DNA from: Octopus vulgaris | Lineage: Eukaryota | Reading direction: 5' to 3' | NCBI GenBank assembly: GCA_951406725.2 | Contig: OX597819.1 | Span: 18,042,001-18,106,000, forward strand | DNA: 64,000 bases | Shown: positions 14,473-26,267 of the stretch, piece by piece | Position numbering within the stretch: position 1 is the first letter of the stretch | Layout of the letters: each line of letters opens with the position of its first letter | Notes under the pieces: model-generated | The model's database searches: none | Seen by the model: the letters and a program-made list of their open reading frames with translations, nothing else | What the model was told of the DNA's origin: nothing | Program-made: the position numbers and the translations under genes

Positions 14473-15204
14473 ATGTCTGAAAGTTTGTCTAAAGATGAGT
14501 AGTATCTTGTGATGTGCCATTTTGAAAGTAAAACAATTCCTAACGCCATATTGTTTTCGCCCTCTACATCTGTTACACAGTGCACTTTTTATTCCTGTTT
14601 GTTTGTTATCCGTTGTTGCTTCTTTACCTGCCGCCATCACCGACCCTCCTTGCTCCGCCACTTCTTCTTCTTCTTCTTCTTCTTCTCCTCCTCCTCCTTC
14701 TTCTCTCCTTTCCATCGTATTCTATTATCTTCTCTTAAGATGCCCTGCCAAAATAATCGATGAGAAATTTTCCTATTTGTTTACCACGTCAATAATGTTG
14801 TATTGAAATAAAACATTATGACATCTCCTGAATGAGGTTGGATCGCTTCTTACCATCAAAATCTATATAGAGGAAAAAATAAAGAAAAAAAAACAAACAA
14901 TGTATATAGTAAAAAAAAAACGAAAACATAATAAAATATACTAACAACAAGCCCCTCCAAAAAACAAAACAAAAATAACAATGAAAACATACACTAAAGA
15001 AACAAAAAAGAATATAACGAAGGAAATCAACGTAAAAAAAACACTGGGGAAAACATTAGAAAAATATGAAAAATAATAAGAAATAAAAATGCTAAACAAG
15101 AAAGTTGAGAGCAAAGCTTGAGGCTGCTCCATTGTACAGATTTAGTACAATAGATAACTGGTAGGTGTCGCTGTTGTTTTTGTTGTTGATTTACTGGCTG
15201 TTTG

Positions 15205-15338
15205 ACGGTGGTGGTGGTGGTGGTTTGTAGTAGCATTGGTCGTGGTCGTCATGGCTGTGTTGGTGTTAGTAGTAGTAGCGATGAAGGTGGTGGTGGTGGT
15301 GGTCGTGGTGGTGGTCCTTGCTGTGCTGGCGTTAGTGA

Positions 15339-15369
<31 letters not shown>

Positions 15370-15627
15370 GGCGGTTGTGTTTGTAGCAGTATCGGTCGTG
15401 GTCGTCTTGGTTGTGTTGGTGTTAGTAGTAGTAGTAGCAGTCGTGGTGGTGGTGGTGGTGACGGTGGTCTTTGCTGTGCTGGCGTTAGTGTTGTTGTTGG
15501 TGGTGGTGGGTGGCGGTTGTGTTTGTTGTAGTATCGGTCGTGGTCGTCATGGCTGTGTTGGTGTTAGTAGTAGTAGCGATGAAGGTGGTGGTGGTGGTCG
15601 TGGTCCTTGCTGTGCTGGCGTTAGTGA

Positions 15628-15658
<31 letters not shown>

Positions 15659-15930
15659 GGCGGTTGTGTTTGTAGTAGTATCGGTCGTGGTCGTCATGGC
15701 TGTGTTGGTGTTAGTAGTAGTAGCGGTCGGGGTGGTGCTCCTTGCTGTGCTGGCGTTAGTAGTGTTGTTGTTGTTGTTGGTGGTGTTGGTGGTGGTGATG
15801 GCGGTGGTTTGTTGTAGTATCGGTCGTGATCGTCATGGCTGTGTTGGTGTCAGTAGTTGTAGCGATGGTGGTGTTGGTCCTGGCTGGGCTGGCGTTAGTA
15901 GTGTTGGTGGTGGTGGCGGCGTTGGTGCCA
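15205..15930. repeat. minisatellite, about five units of ~145-155 bp built from GGT/GTT/GTA triplet blocks
   Basis: Unit anchor atcggtcgtggtcgtcatggctgtgttggtgttagtagtag...ccttgctgtgctggcgttagt recurs near 15235, 15390, 15530, 15678 and 15818. Confidence 0.85.
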
Positions 15931-16289
15931 CTCGGGGTGTTAAACATATTTGTGTTACTGATGTGGCAATGTTGGTGGTGTTGACGGTGGCGTTGGCTTT
16001 AGTAATGGTCCTAACGTGACGGTGGCGTTGAAGATGGAGATGGCTCTTGCTTGGAACTGCATCTGGTGGTGCTAGTGAAGACGGTGGCTATATTGTCGAG
16101 GGTCTTGGTCTTTTACAACGGTCACTTGTAGGGGAGTTGCTTGTCATTAATCTACTGTGGAGGTGGTGGTGATGGTGGTACTGTTTTGTGATGTAGTGGC
16201 TCTTATGGTAGTACAATTTGAATTTTCGAAGTTGGTTCTGGTATAAATGCAGTGGTTGTGGTAGTGGTAGTGGTGGTGATTGTCTTAGA

Positions 16290-16530
16290 AGTGTGTTTAT
16301 TTCTTTATTGCCCACAAGAGGCTAAACATAGAAGAGACAAACAAGGACAGACAAAGGGATTAAGTCGATTACATCGACACCAGTGCGTAACTGGTACTTA
16401 ATTTATCAACCCCGAAAGGATGAAATGCAAAGTCGACCTCGGTGGAATTTGAACTCAGAACGTAGCGGCAGACGAAATACTGCTAAGCATTTCGCCTGGC
16501 GTGCTAACGTTTCTGCCAGCTCGCCGCCCT
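16290..16530 (-). mobile_element. tRNA-head SINE, family A, near full length
   Basis: Minus strand GGCGGCGAGCTGGCAGAAACGTTAGCACGCC...GAGTTCAAATTCC (B box)...GTCGACTTTGCATTTCATCCTTTCGGGG...GGGCAATAAAGAAATAAAC. Confidence 0.88.
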
Positions 16531-17644
16531 TTTTGCTTAGAAGTGTGTTGCAAGTGTGTTGCTGTGGCTGGTGTTTTGGTCTGTCGGAAGTAGATTTAGG
16601 CCGATAGACGTTTCAGTAACGTTTGAAAGTATTTGTGTTGCTAATGGGACGCATTCAATTTAAATATAGTTTCGATGTTTTCTTATAATCAGATGTACAC
16701 TTGGTGATGTTGTGGTTGTTATGTTGTCATCTTATTCTCCTTGATGTTGCGATTGTTTTTATGTTTTGTTATTTAGATCAAGTCATGCCTCAACATGCTG
16801 TTATGTACGAAGGCCCTTTCTGTGCCCCATGAAAATCTAGGATTCTTTCGCTTTCAGTAACTACAGAATATCAATTATTTGATATTTTCCACGTCTTTAA
16901 TGAATGAATTAAGGAAGTGTTATATTCAATTTGTCCCTCAATCGGTTGTCTTGTTTCTTTTGCTGAGTGATAACTAAATATCTATTCTCACGTGGTTGAG
17001 GCCCATTGAAATCTTCACACCCATGATCACCAGGTTTAATATTCATCAGTCACAGATTATCTAAGACTAAAATATCAAATGTACATGGCCATTTTGAAGA
17101 CGGTCAGGCGTGTGATGAGGGCTTTTCAGAGTGCGGGATTTTGAAGTGAGATTCTCGTAGGATTTGTTTAATGTTGTTTGTGACTCCCTGTTTGTGCAGC
17201 CTGTTCTGCAGCTGGTGGTGAAAGCAATACATATAATGGTTGAGCTGGTAGTGTCATGTAGTTGTTGCCAGCGATATTGTTTTAGTGAAGGGCATTTGAT
17301 TGTTTCCTCGTCGGTTTCAACGCTAAACTTTATTTGTTCCAGAAACTGGACTACTTTGTTATTGAATTACTATTGCACGTTTCGAGAGAGTCTCAGTCAT
17401 ATTCAGAGCATCACAAGGAGAACGTATACAATATAGCCCGACCTGTGAGCTTCCGTGCAGTTTCTACCTTCCCAGATGCAGGTCGCTTGATCAAATATTC
17501 GATCAAAACAACATGACACAAGATTCCGGGTTGTAAACCCTTACTCAGGACGTTCTAATTTGAAATAAACATTTTAAAACATTTCAGTACGGCCTGAGAC
17601 AGTAGTAAACTTACTCGTGTTATAAGGCAATAGAGTAATGAAGA

Positions 17645-17865
17645 TAGGGTGGCGAGCTGCTGGAGTCGTTAGGATATCGTACAACGCATTTTACCGGCAT
17701 TTCCTTCGACACATTAGTTCTGAGGTCAAATTCTTCCGAGGTCGACATTGCTTTTCATCATCGTCATGGGGTCGATAAATTAAGTACTAGTTTAGTACTG
17801 AAGTCAATGCAGTCGACTTAGTCCCTCCACTTAAAAGTGCTGGCCTTGTGCTAAAATTAGAAAGA
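17645..17865 (+). mobile_element. tRNA-head SINE, family A (diverged)
   Basis: gggtggcgagctgctggagtcgttag...gaggtcaaattcttccgaggtcgacattgcttttcatc...gtcgataaattaagtac. Confidence 0.75.
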
Positions 17866-18512
17866 ATTGTATGGTGATTGAAATGGAGTGTGCAGTTTTG
17901 ATGCAGAGGTTTTAGTGGCTGAGGGCCATTTAGATTGCTCTCTTCACATTAGTGCTACTTGAAGTGGTAAGAGTTTTGGTATTATATTGTTGGTGTTGGT
18001 ATAGGGTCCTCAGTCCTGTATGGTTGATGCCAGTGGCACAGCTTTTAGTGGTAAGGTTGTTATTTTTGGTGTTAGCCTGAGCGGGAGGGCAATTAGTTGA
18101 AGGATTTCAGTTTGTAGAGGTGGTAAAACATGTGCAGTGTGTCTGGTAGTGAGATATGGTTGCAGTGGTAAAGTGGCTTGCGATAAAGTTGTTACATGGT
18201 TGTGATGCAGGCTTTTAGAATTATTACTGTTTTACGTTATTTGTATTTAAATGCAATGGTATTCATTTTGTTTAACTGCTAGCAAGCGATAGTCAAGGTA
18301 AAATATATTGAAAGCGATCCCGGATATGACCAACACTTTATTGAATATTCAGAAATGCATTACTAGTGTAAGACGTAATTTGGGTTGTATTTCTAGCAGT
18401 TCATGTGACCTAAGTACAGCTCTCCTTTCCGTTTAGTGGTATTTGTAACGTCGTTGATGTTGTTCCTGTGGTTGTATGAGGGTCTACTTCGCTGGTTGCG
18501 GTAGTGCTGCTA

Positions 18513-18566
18513 CTAAGTAGTAGTAGCAGTAGTAGTAGTAGCAGTAGTAGTAGTAGTAGTAGCAGC

Positions 18567-18627
<61 letters not shown>

Positions 18628-18712
18628 ATAGTACTACTACTAGTAATAGTAGTAATTGTAATAGTAGTAGTAATAGTAGTTGTAATAGTAGCGGTGGTGG
18701 TGGTGGTGTTGT
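18513..18712. repeat. (AGT)n microsatellite
   Basis: Direct run. Confidence 0.95.
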
Positions 18713-18972
18713 AGGCGGTGATGCTGTTTGTAGCCGCGGTATTGATGGTGGTGGATAATGTGCTGGTATATCATATACATGATGTAGAATTAGCGGTATT
18801 GCGAGAATAGATTGGGAACAGGCAGAGTTGTTAAAGGATCAGGTATAATGCCTTGTGGTTTTTTAGTTTGGTCCCCCAGGTATCTTAGTTAAAAGGTCCC
18901 CAACATTAATATTGCCTTTTGAATATCGCATACCGATTCAGAGCCGTGTTTAGAAATAGAGAGGGCCCTTAC

Positions 18973-19227
18973 GTTAGTTGTGAGACAGATAAAGGAAATT
19001 GATTTTGTACTAGTTGCGGTGGCGTTAACGATCGTGTAGAAGATAAAGGTGCTGGAAAACGGCTATTAGTTGTCGTTAGACTATTGAGGGTGGGCATATG
19101 TGGGGGCAACCCATTTCGGCTCTTCGCATTCTGATTTCCCTTGTAAGTAGATCTGATCGGGCCTGGATATCGATCAGACTCCTCGACTGGAGTATCACCT
19201 AAGTCCCATTCATAAAACAAAGACGAC
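18973..19227 (-). CDS. candidate exon of an unidentified host gene (255 bp, one open frame)
   Basis: Acceptor tcttgttttgtgcAG and donor GTAAGG. One stop-free frame SSLFYEWDLGDTPVEESDRYPGPIRS...HMPTLNSLTTT...SVSQLT; higher complexity than its surroundings. No protein family recognised. Confidence 0.3.
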
Positions 19228-20588
19228 CTGCACAAAACAAGATGACCGTTAGAAGGGAAAATATAATCTCAGGATCGGTGATTCTAACGCTGTGTATTGT
19301 TGGTTACATTTTGGTTAGTTCTGATGCTAAAAGCCATTCACATGTACATAATCATTACCGCCAAGTTCAGGCGATTTCTTCCGGCCAACGTTTGTCTTCC
19401 TTGCACTGTCAGGGTATAGAAAACAAACAAACAAAAAACAAAAAATAACAGATTTCTGATATATGCACAAAGGAAAAAAAATATTTAACGTCGTGGTGAT
19501 TCGGGTATCATCGTATCTCCGTTATTGTCGTTATCACCATCATCATAATCATCACCAAATCCACCAATTCCAAATCTACCATTTTCATTCTTCCACTTTT
19601 CATCATCACAAGTGTAGACTCCCTCCTCCTCCTCCTCCTCCTCCTCATCATCATCATCATCATCATCAACGAAATTAAGACCACAATTTTCATTCTCTCC
19701 CCGCCAAGTCATCCGAGTTGTTGTCATAGACATCATCGTCGTCATCATCATCATAATCATCGCCTTCGTCGCCGTCACCGTATCAGCGTTGGCGTCGTCA
19801 GCGTCGTCGTCATCATCATCATCGTTATCATCATCATTGCCAATGCCGCCAGTATCATCATAGAAGTTTAGTAGTACTTCCAAAAAAGTTGTTAACATCA
19901 AGAGCAACAATATCAATAGACAACATTATTGATAAAAATATAAAATATTACTATTTTATACAAAAAAAAAAAAAATGATGGCAATAATAGCTATAAAATA
20001 AAAAAAAGATAAAAAATATAAACAAATAATAATGATACTACCAGCGCAACTATTACTACTACTACTATTATAATCAAAATTATTGCACTTATTATTGTTA
20101 TTATTGCTTTTATTATTATTTTTAGATTTACAACCACTACTACTTTTCTTATTACAATCATTATTACCATGATTTCTATTATGACTACTGTTGTTGCTGC
20201 AGTCATTATTATTATTATTAGTAGTAGTAGTAGTATTAGTATTAGTAGTTGATGTTGTTGTAGTAGTAGTAGTGGTGGTATTTATAATTGGCAGTTGTAA
20301 CAGAGTGACTAATATCATTATCGTTATTACATAAAGGCCGTATTTTATATTGGTGTTATCAACGAGTGTTACCCTTACACTTTAGTGAAATCTTTTGTCA
20401 AAACCAAACATTGTTTTGTGTAGAGTTTTGTTATATTGATTCAGTTGCACCTAATGACATAACCCGAGCTTAACACACACACACACACACAATTACACAC
20501 ACACACACACACACACAATCACACACGCACACACTATCACACGCCCGTACACAAATATGTATAAATGTATGTTTAATGTATGTATATG

Positions 20589-20623
<35 letters not shown>

Positions 20624-20770
20624 GAGTGTCGTGTGAAAAAATACATTCATATACATACACACGTACATACTTACGCATACATCCATGCTTAAATATGCAC
20701 ACATACACACAAAGACATGTGCGTTTAAATATGTGTGTGTTTGTATATGTGTATGGATATATATATATAT

Positions 20771-21889
20771 ATATGTTAATAAAATATATGCATATATATA
20801 AACATGTATGTACGTACCTACCTCTACATGTACATATACACGCATATATGTGTACAGGACACCAAAAGGACGTCGAACACATAGAGAGACGAAAAACATA
20901 GACACAAACCAAGGAACAAGACAAGCAAAAAAAGGAGATACAGGACAATAAGCACAACGAAAAATCCCCTTCTTCAGTCGCTAAAGTTTCATCTACTAAA
21001 CGTTTCGAAGGATAAAAGCGAGACGTATACTTCGAATGAAAAATTCCTTCCCGAGACAAGCAAATCAATTAAAATTCTGAGATCTTGTCGCGGAGGGGTA
21101 AAAAAAAGGCAAGACGGTAACGACAGTACAAACATATAAACAGTAAAAAATATATATATAAACAGTGGAAAAATAAATATATAACAGTGAGAGACAGGAC
21201 AAGGAGAACAAGATAAGAAGGGCTGTTAACGCCAGACGAAAAAAGTATTGCAAACGCTGGATTATAGTGGACGACGAGAGAGGAAGATGTCGACCAGTGG
21301 CCTTAGAAGGCAGGTGAGGAAAGACAGGAAAGCAGTTACGACGGAAGTACGTCGCAGATGGACGACGGGAATGGGGGAGGAGGAGCAAGAGGAAGAGAGA
21401 GAAGAAGGGGAATGGTGCGAGGAGACCATGAAGAACAGTGAGGGGGAGAGAGAGAGGAAGAGACAAGTTAAGTGAGGGAAAAAGGACGAAAAAGGGAATG
21501 GGAGAGAAAGAAAGAAAGAGGCAGAGTCGCGTGAGAGTTAATATCAAGGCGAACTTGATAAACAGAACAATCTTACTTAATAGGGTGCGTGCGTTTAGTC
21601 GTATAATATGTTAATAAAATATATGCATATATATAAACATGTATGTACGTACCTACCTCTACATGTACATATACACGCATATATGTGTACAGGACACCAA
21701 AAGGACGTCGAACACATAGAGAGACGAAAAACATAGACACAAACCAAGGAACAAGACAAGCAAAAAAAGGAGATACAGGACAATAAGCACAACGAAAAAT
21801 CCCCTTCTTCAGTCGCTAAAGTTTCATCTACTAAACGTTTCGAAGGATAAAAGCGAGACGTATACTTCGAATGAAAAATTCCTTCCCGA
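20771..21889 (-). mobile_element. Penelope-like non-autonomous element with two identical 284-bp direct repeats (20771-21054, 21606-21889)
   Basis: The two 284-bp segments show no visible differences. Each carries CCTTCGAAACGT...CTGAAGAAGGGG on the minus strand; a related copy lies at ~48960-49335 (+). PLE assignment is an inference from structure. Confidence 0.55.
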
Positions 21890-21921
21890 TACATACTCAT
21901 ACATACGTATATATAGAATTG

Positions 21922-21952
<31 letters not shown>

Positions 21953-21981
21953 CTCATATAGATATTTATATATACATCCAT

Positions 21982-22037
<56 letters not shown>

Positions 22038-23067
22038 TAGTATGTTGTTGAAAACAGGAAAAAAGTGAACTTAAAATCGGAGTATATGTATTTACTTATA
22101 AATATTTAACAGAGGCAACCGTGTGACTCAAGGCCCCAGGGTGTTGGGCGTTGGCATTTATGCATATATAAGATTGCATAACACACAAGCACCCACGCAC
22201 AAACACACCCATATGCCCCAATCAACATAATGACAAACCTTAATCATAAATATTAATGTAGTTTCAAATAAAATTTATTAATTCAAATAATGACAATTAG
22301 ATTCTACATATTTTTGCTAACAAGGAGTAATTTTATTACTTTCAGAGTCTTGGACTAATAAGGACTCGAACCCTGTCGCTCTTGAATTTTTCAACTATAC
22401 TTCTTTTATTTTTTAAAAACTTTCTACCTTGAAGCAATTAGGGACCGTCTTTCGTCAATACTGCGTTTGCTTCAAGAATTGTCGTCAGAAAATGGTTGCT
22501 GTCACCGCGGACGTTGGTACAGAATTTATTCATGTTCTACGCTAACGTTTTGTTTAACGAAAGTGTTGCTTCCAATTTCGAGATCTACACTTAACCTCGC
22601 TCCCTTTTTTTGTTTTTGACGATCTCTTGGCTTAATGCTCATGTTTAGCTCGTATTGCGAGCTGATTCCGTTGCTTTAATTTGGCAATCCTTTCATAAAA
22701 TATCAAGTCTTGTAATTTCTTGGTTCTGTTTTTGGTGTAACATCCTAAAAACAGAATAAAAACAAGATTCTTAACATAGCTCAATAAGATACATAACATT
22801 ATATTGTTAAATAAACGTTTATTCTACTAAGATATATGTATCGAATTTCGAAACCACAAACCCTTTGCACTCAACGCTAGAATGTGTGACAGCATCTATC
22901 TATCTATCTATCATCTATCTTATTTCTCTTTCTCTCTTTATAAGCACACTTATCTACACACTCTCTCACACACATGCGCGCGCACGCACACACACTCTCA
23001 CACACTCTCATACACCCCATCCCCGTACACACAAAATCGAAGTGTACAGTATTTTATACGCATTGCA

Positions 23068-23212
23068 GTGGAACTGAGCGATTCGGCAAAAGATATCGAT
23101 AGAATAAGTACTAGGCTTACAAATACTTAGTCGTGGTTTCGATTTGTCCGATTAAAAGCAGTGCTCCAGCATGGCCGCAGTCAAATGACTGAAACATGTA
23201 AAAGAATAAAAG
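23068..23212 (+). mobile_element. SINE family B, 3' half
   Basis: agcgattcggcaaaagatatcgatagaataagtactaggcttac...gtgctccagcatggccgcagtcaaatgactgaaacatgtaaaagaataaaag. Confidence 0.8.
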
Positions 23213-24184
23213 TATACAAACGTACATATGTCATGTGTACATACATACAAGCATACACACACTTACATACAGATATACAGGCAGGCAAACATGCACATAT
23301 GCATACATAAGTACATACATGCATGCATACATGCATACACACACATCCATCCATCCATCTATCAATCAATCCATACATACATTCATCCATCCATCCATAC
23401 ATCCATCTATCCATACATACATACATACATACATACACATACATACATACATACATACTTACATACTTACATACACACATACGCACGTTCACACACAGTT
23501 TCACACACGCGTGTGCACACACACACACTTACGCTCACACATACACACACACATTTAATCTGATTCCTTAAGTACTGCACCGAATATAATATAGTTTAAT
23601 ATTTCATTGAATTGAATTTATTTTTATTTAATAGGATATAATCTAACGGTTGTTAACCTGATATTTCTCGGTAGAAACAGCGTGGCGAATTCTTTGATTG
23701 CGTCTTCTTTCAAAGTTATTTCGCACTCAGCTGACCTCTTGTACTACACACTACTCCCAGCTTTAGACTCTCACTAAATAAAGACATCAAATACCAATTA
23801 TAATTCCCCAGCGTTTCTTCTCTCAGACTTTTGTACACAAACATTTGATAACATCTCGACCTTTCTGGACTCTGAACTTAGCGAGGAGATAACACAAAAG
23901 AGAACGATACGTCCATTATCTATTACTGCCCCCGTCTCTATATCAGTGTTTGCAGCAGGCTTTAAAAAAAAAAAGACATTTTACAGGGCAACTTTGAGCT
24001 CTGTTTAGAAGTGTTAGTGAATCGAGTGCTCCATAAATTAATTCATCGATTATGCATACAAACCATTGTATGATGTCGAGAGGGTAACTCATGCTTTTTC
24101 AAACATATTGATACAAGAAGAAATTTATGTGAAAATGTAACACTTCATTCTTTGAATACTATTTTAGTCTGCGATTAATGAAGA

Positions 24185-24515
24185 ATTTTTAGTCGAATGA
24201 AGCGACACCAGCATTTATATTTATATTTATTAAATCCTGGTACTTATTCTATCGGACACTATTGCCGTACTGCTAAATTATAAGACTAAAAACACCAACA
24301 TCGGTTGCCAAGATGTGGTGCGGTACAAATGCACACACACACACTCTCACACACGCACACACACACACACACACGACGTGCTTCTTTCAGTTTCCATTTA
24401 CCTAATTCTCTGACAAAGCTTTGGTTGGCCAGATGCTACAGTAGAAGACACCTGCCCAAGGTGCCAAGTACTGGGACTGAACCCGTAACCTTGTGACATG
24501 GAAGCTAACTTACTA
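24185..24515 (-). mobile_element. SINE family B (diverged)
   Basis: tacttattctatcgg...cttctttcagtttccattta...agaagacacctgcccaaggtgcc...gggactgaaccc matches 7181-7599. Confidence 0.78.
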
Positions 24516-25169
24516 CATATGGTGATAGGAACCGCAAAGAGGTGGATGCTTTGACAATAAATAATAGTTTATACCCAATCTCAACGGCATCTTGCGGTAG
24601 CGTCTCACATCATGTCCTATAGATATTTTAATTTCTCAAATTATTTAGTCTTTTTTGCGAAACACTGCAACGCCGGAATGGCACTTCAGTTATAATACAT
24701 TTGACATGCACATTCCTCAAATTCTTCACCAGAAACGCATTTTAAAATAAAATTCTGGGAGCGTTGCATTAAAATTTCGGTTCGCTGTTATATAAATAAA
24801 ATCTACAAACTTGAATAATTATTTTCTCGAATATATATATTCGTTAGATATTTCGAAGTTTTAAACATTGATCGTTCTGTATATAACTAAAAGAATATTT
24901 ATCTATAGACATGAAATAAATTTCAGAACTTTCGATTTTACGATGTTTTGCTGCCATTTTTAAAATCCAGTGATTTTAATTGTTTTATTTACTAGTCACA
25001 TATATCTTCAACATATTCAAATTCCCTCTCATTTTCTCACCGGTAGAATTTACACAAATGTTGTAAAATCGTAGTTGCATTTTTTGTATTCGGAGAGGAT
25101 ACACACTTTTATGACTTATTCCTCTTTTGCGATTCACTTGGTGTATATATTATGCCATCAGAAGACATG

Positions 25170-25403
25170 TCACTGTGCACTCACATAGAACGCCTGCTTG
25201 AAAACGCAATACCAATGGATTTTCAGGAAAACAAACACACACGTTCCTTTTTTTCTCTCCTTGTTTTTTTTCTGTGTACCTTTCTGTAGATGAGCGTAAA
25301 CTCGAAACGTAAAATACTTTTTTCTATTCCTGAGCGTTATACTAATACATCTGTTTCTTTTGTACACCACATGTCTTCGTCTTTTGTTTTTTTCGTAAAC
25401 GTT

Positions 25404-25408
<5 letters not shown>
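25170..25408 (+). mobile_element. short Penelope-like non-autonomous repeat
   Basis: ctttctgtagatgagcgtaaactcgaaacgtaaaa..., homologous to 48720-48955 (ttgaagaccgtaggctcgaaacgtaaaagac); degenerate hammerhead-like GAAACGT motif; next to (TA)n. Confidence 0.5.
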
Positions 25409-25462
<54 letters not shown>

Positions 25463-25533
25463 TATATACAAATTAACAGACTGAGATAAGAATGCAAGGC
25501 TGTGAAACATTTCAGAACATTTATAAAGAGAAA

Positions 25534-25581
25534 GTCTTACAGCTGTTTCCGGGATCTTTTATATATCTCTTCATCGGAAAC
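25534..25581 (-). ncRNA. minimal type I hammerhead-like motif (left arm of the palindrome)
   Basis: Minus strand gttt-CCGATGA-agagatatataaaagatcccg-GAAA-c agct g-TA-agac. Confidence 0.5.
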
Positions 25582-25952
25582 GGTGCGAGAAACTCGTTAA
25601 GCAATAGTTATTCTAGATAAGATATGAAACAGAGAGTGAAGTTGGGGAGTGAAAATAGACGTGAATATGCATGGCTATTTTATCTGCAGTTCCATTATTT
25701 AGGGAGAATGATATACATATAAGATTCCTGTACCTTGTGAGTAAGTTCCAATAGTATATCAAATTGGTAATTTCAAATACTATTGGAACTTAATCATAAG
25801 GTACAGGAATCTTATATATTTACCATTCTGCCTAAATAATGGAACTGAATATACAATATCCCTGCATATTCACGTGTATTTTCACTCCCACACTTCACTC
25901 TCTATTTAATATCCTATCTAGAATAACTATTGCTTAACCATTTTCTCACACC

Positions 25953-26000
25953 GTCTCCGATGAAGGGATATAGGAAATATCCCGGAAACAGTTGTAAGAC
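25953..26000 (+). ncRNA. minimal type I hammerhead-like motif (right arm of the palindrome)
   Basis: gtct (helix I) CCGATGA a gggatat aggaa atatccc g GAAA c agtt g TA agac (helix I). Core has U4C; helix II is 7 bp. Confidence 0.6.
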
Positions 26001-26267
26001 CTATTTATGAATGTTCTGAAATATTTCACAACCTTGGTATTTATCTCATTCTGTTAATTATCATATATACACATGCTGATATTTGACCTACGTTGAACTC
26101 CTCATTCACATAATCACCGAACATAGAGCTTAACTATAGTCTGTCCATCGCACTTACTCAACATTACCTGACACCTTTGGGTGTTATTGACACCGTTAGC
26201 TCTCCTATCCTCTATATGCATGCATACGTATATGTATATGCATGTATATATATATATATATATATTT

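Larger units (their letters stand above)
25468..26065. repeat. ~600-bp imperfect palindrome (inverted PLE-like terminal repeat)
   Basis: Arms are reverse complements around ~25766, e.g. ataagattcctgtaccttgtgagtaagttccaatagta versus tactattggaacttaatcataaggtacaggaatcttat. Confidence 0.9.

Noticed and set aside
13730-14512. 260-aa His/Asn/Asp-rich ORF
   Set aside because: Mostly (AAT)/(GAT) repeats; no domain or splice support.
19485-19916. Acidic 143-aa ORF with a hydrophobic start resembling a secreted protein
   Set aside because: Composed of decayed (GAT)/(GAG) triplet repeats; no initiation or family evidence.
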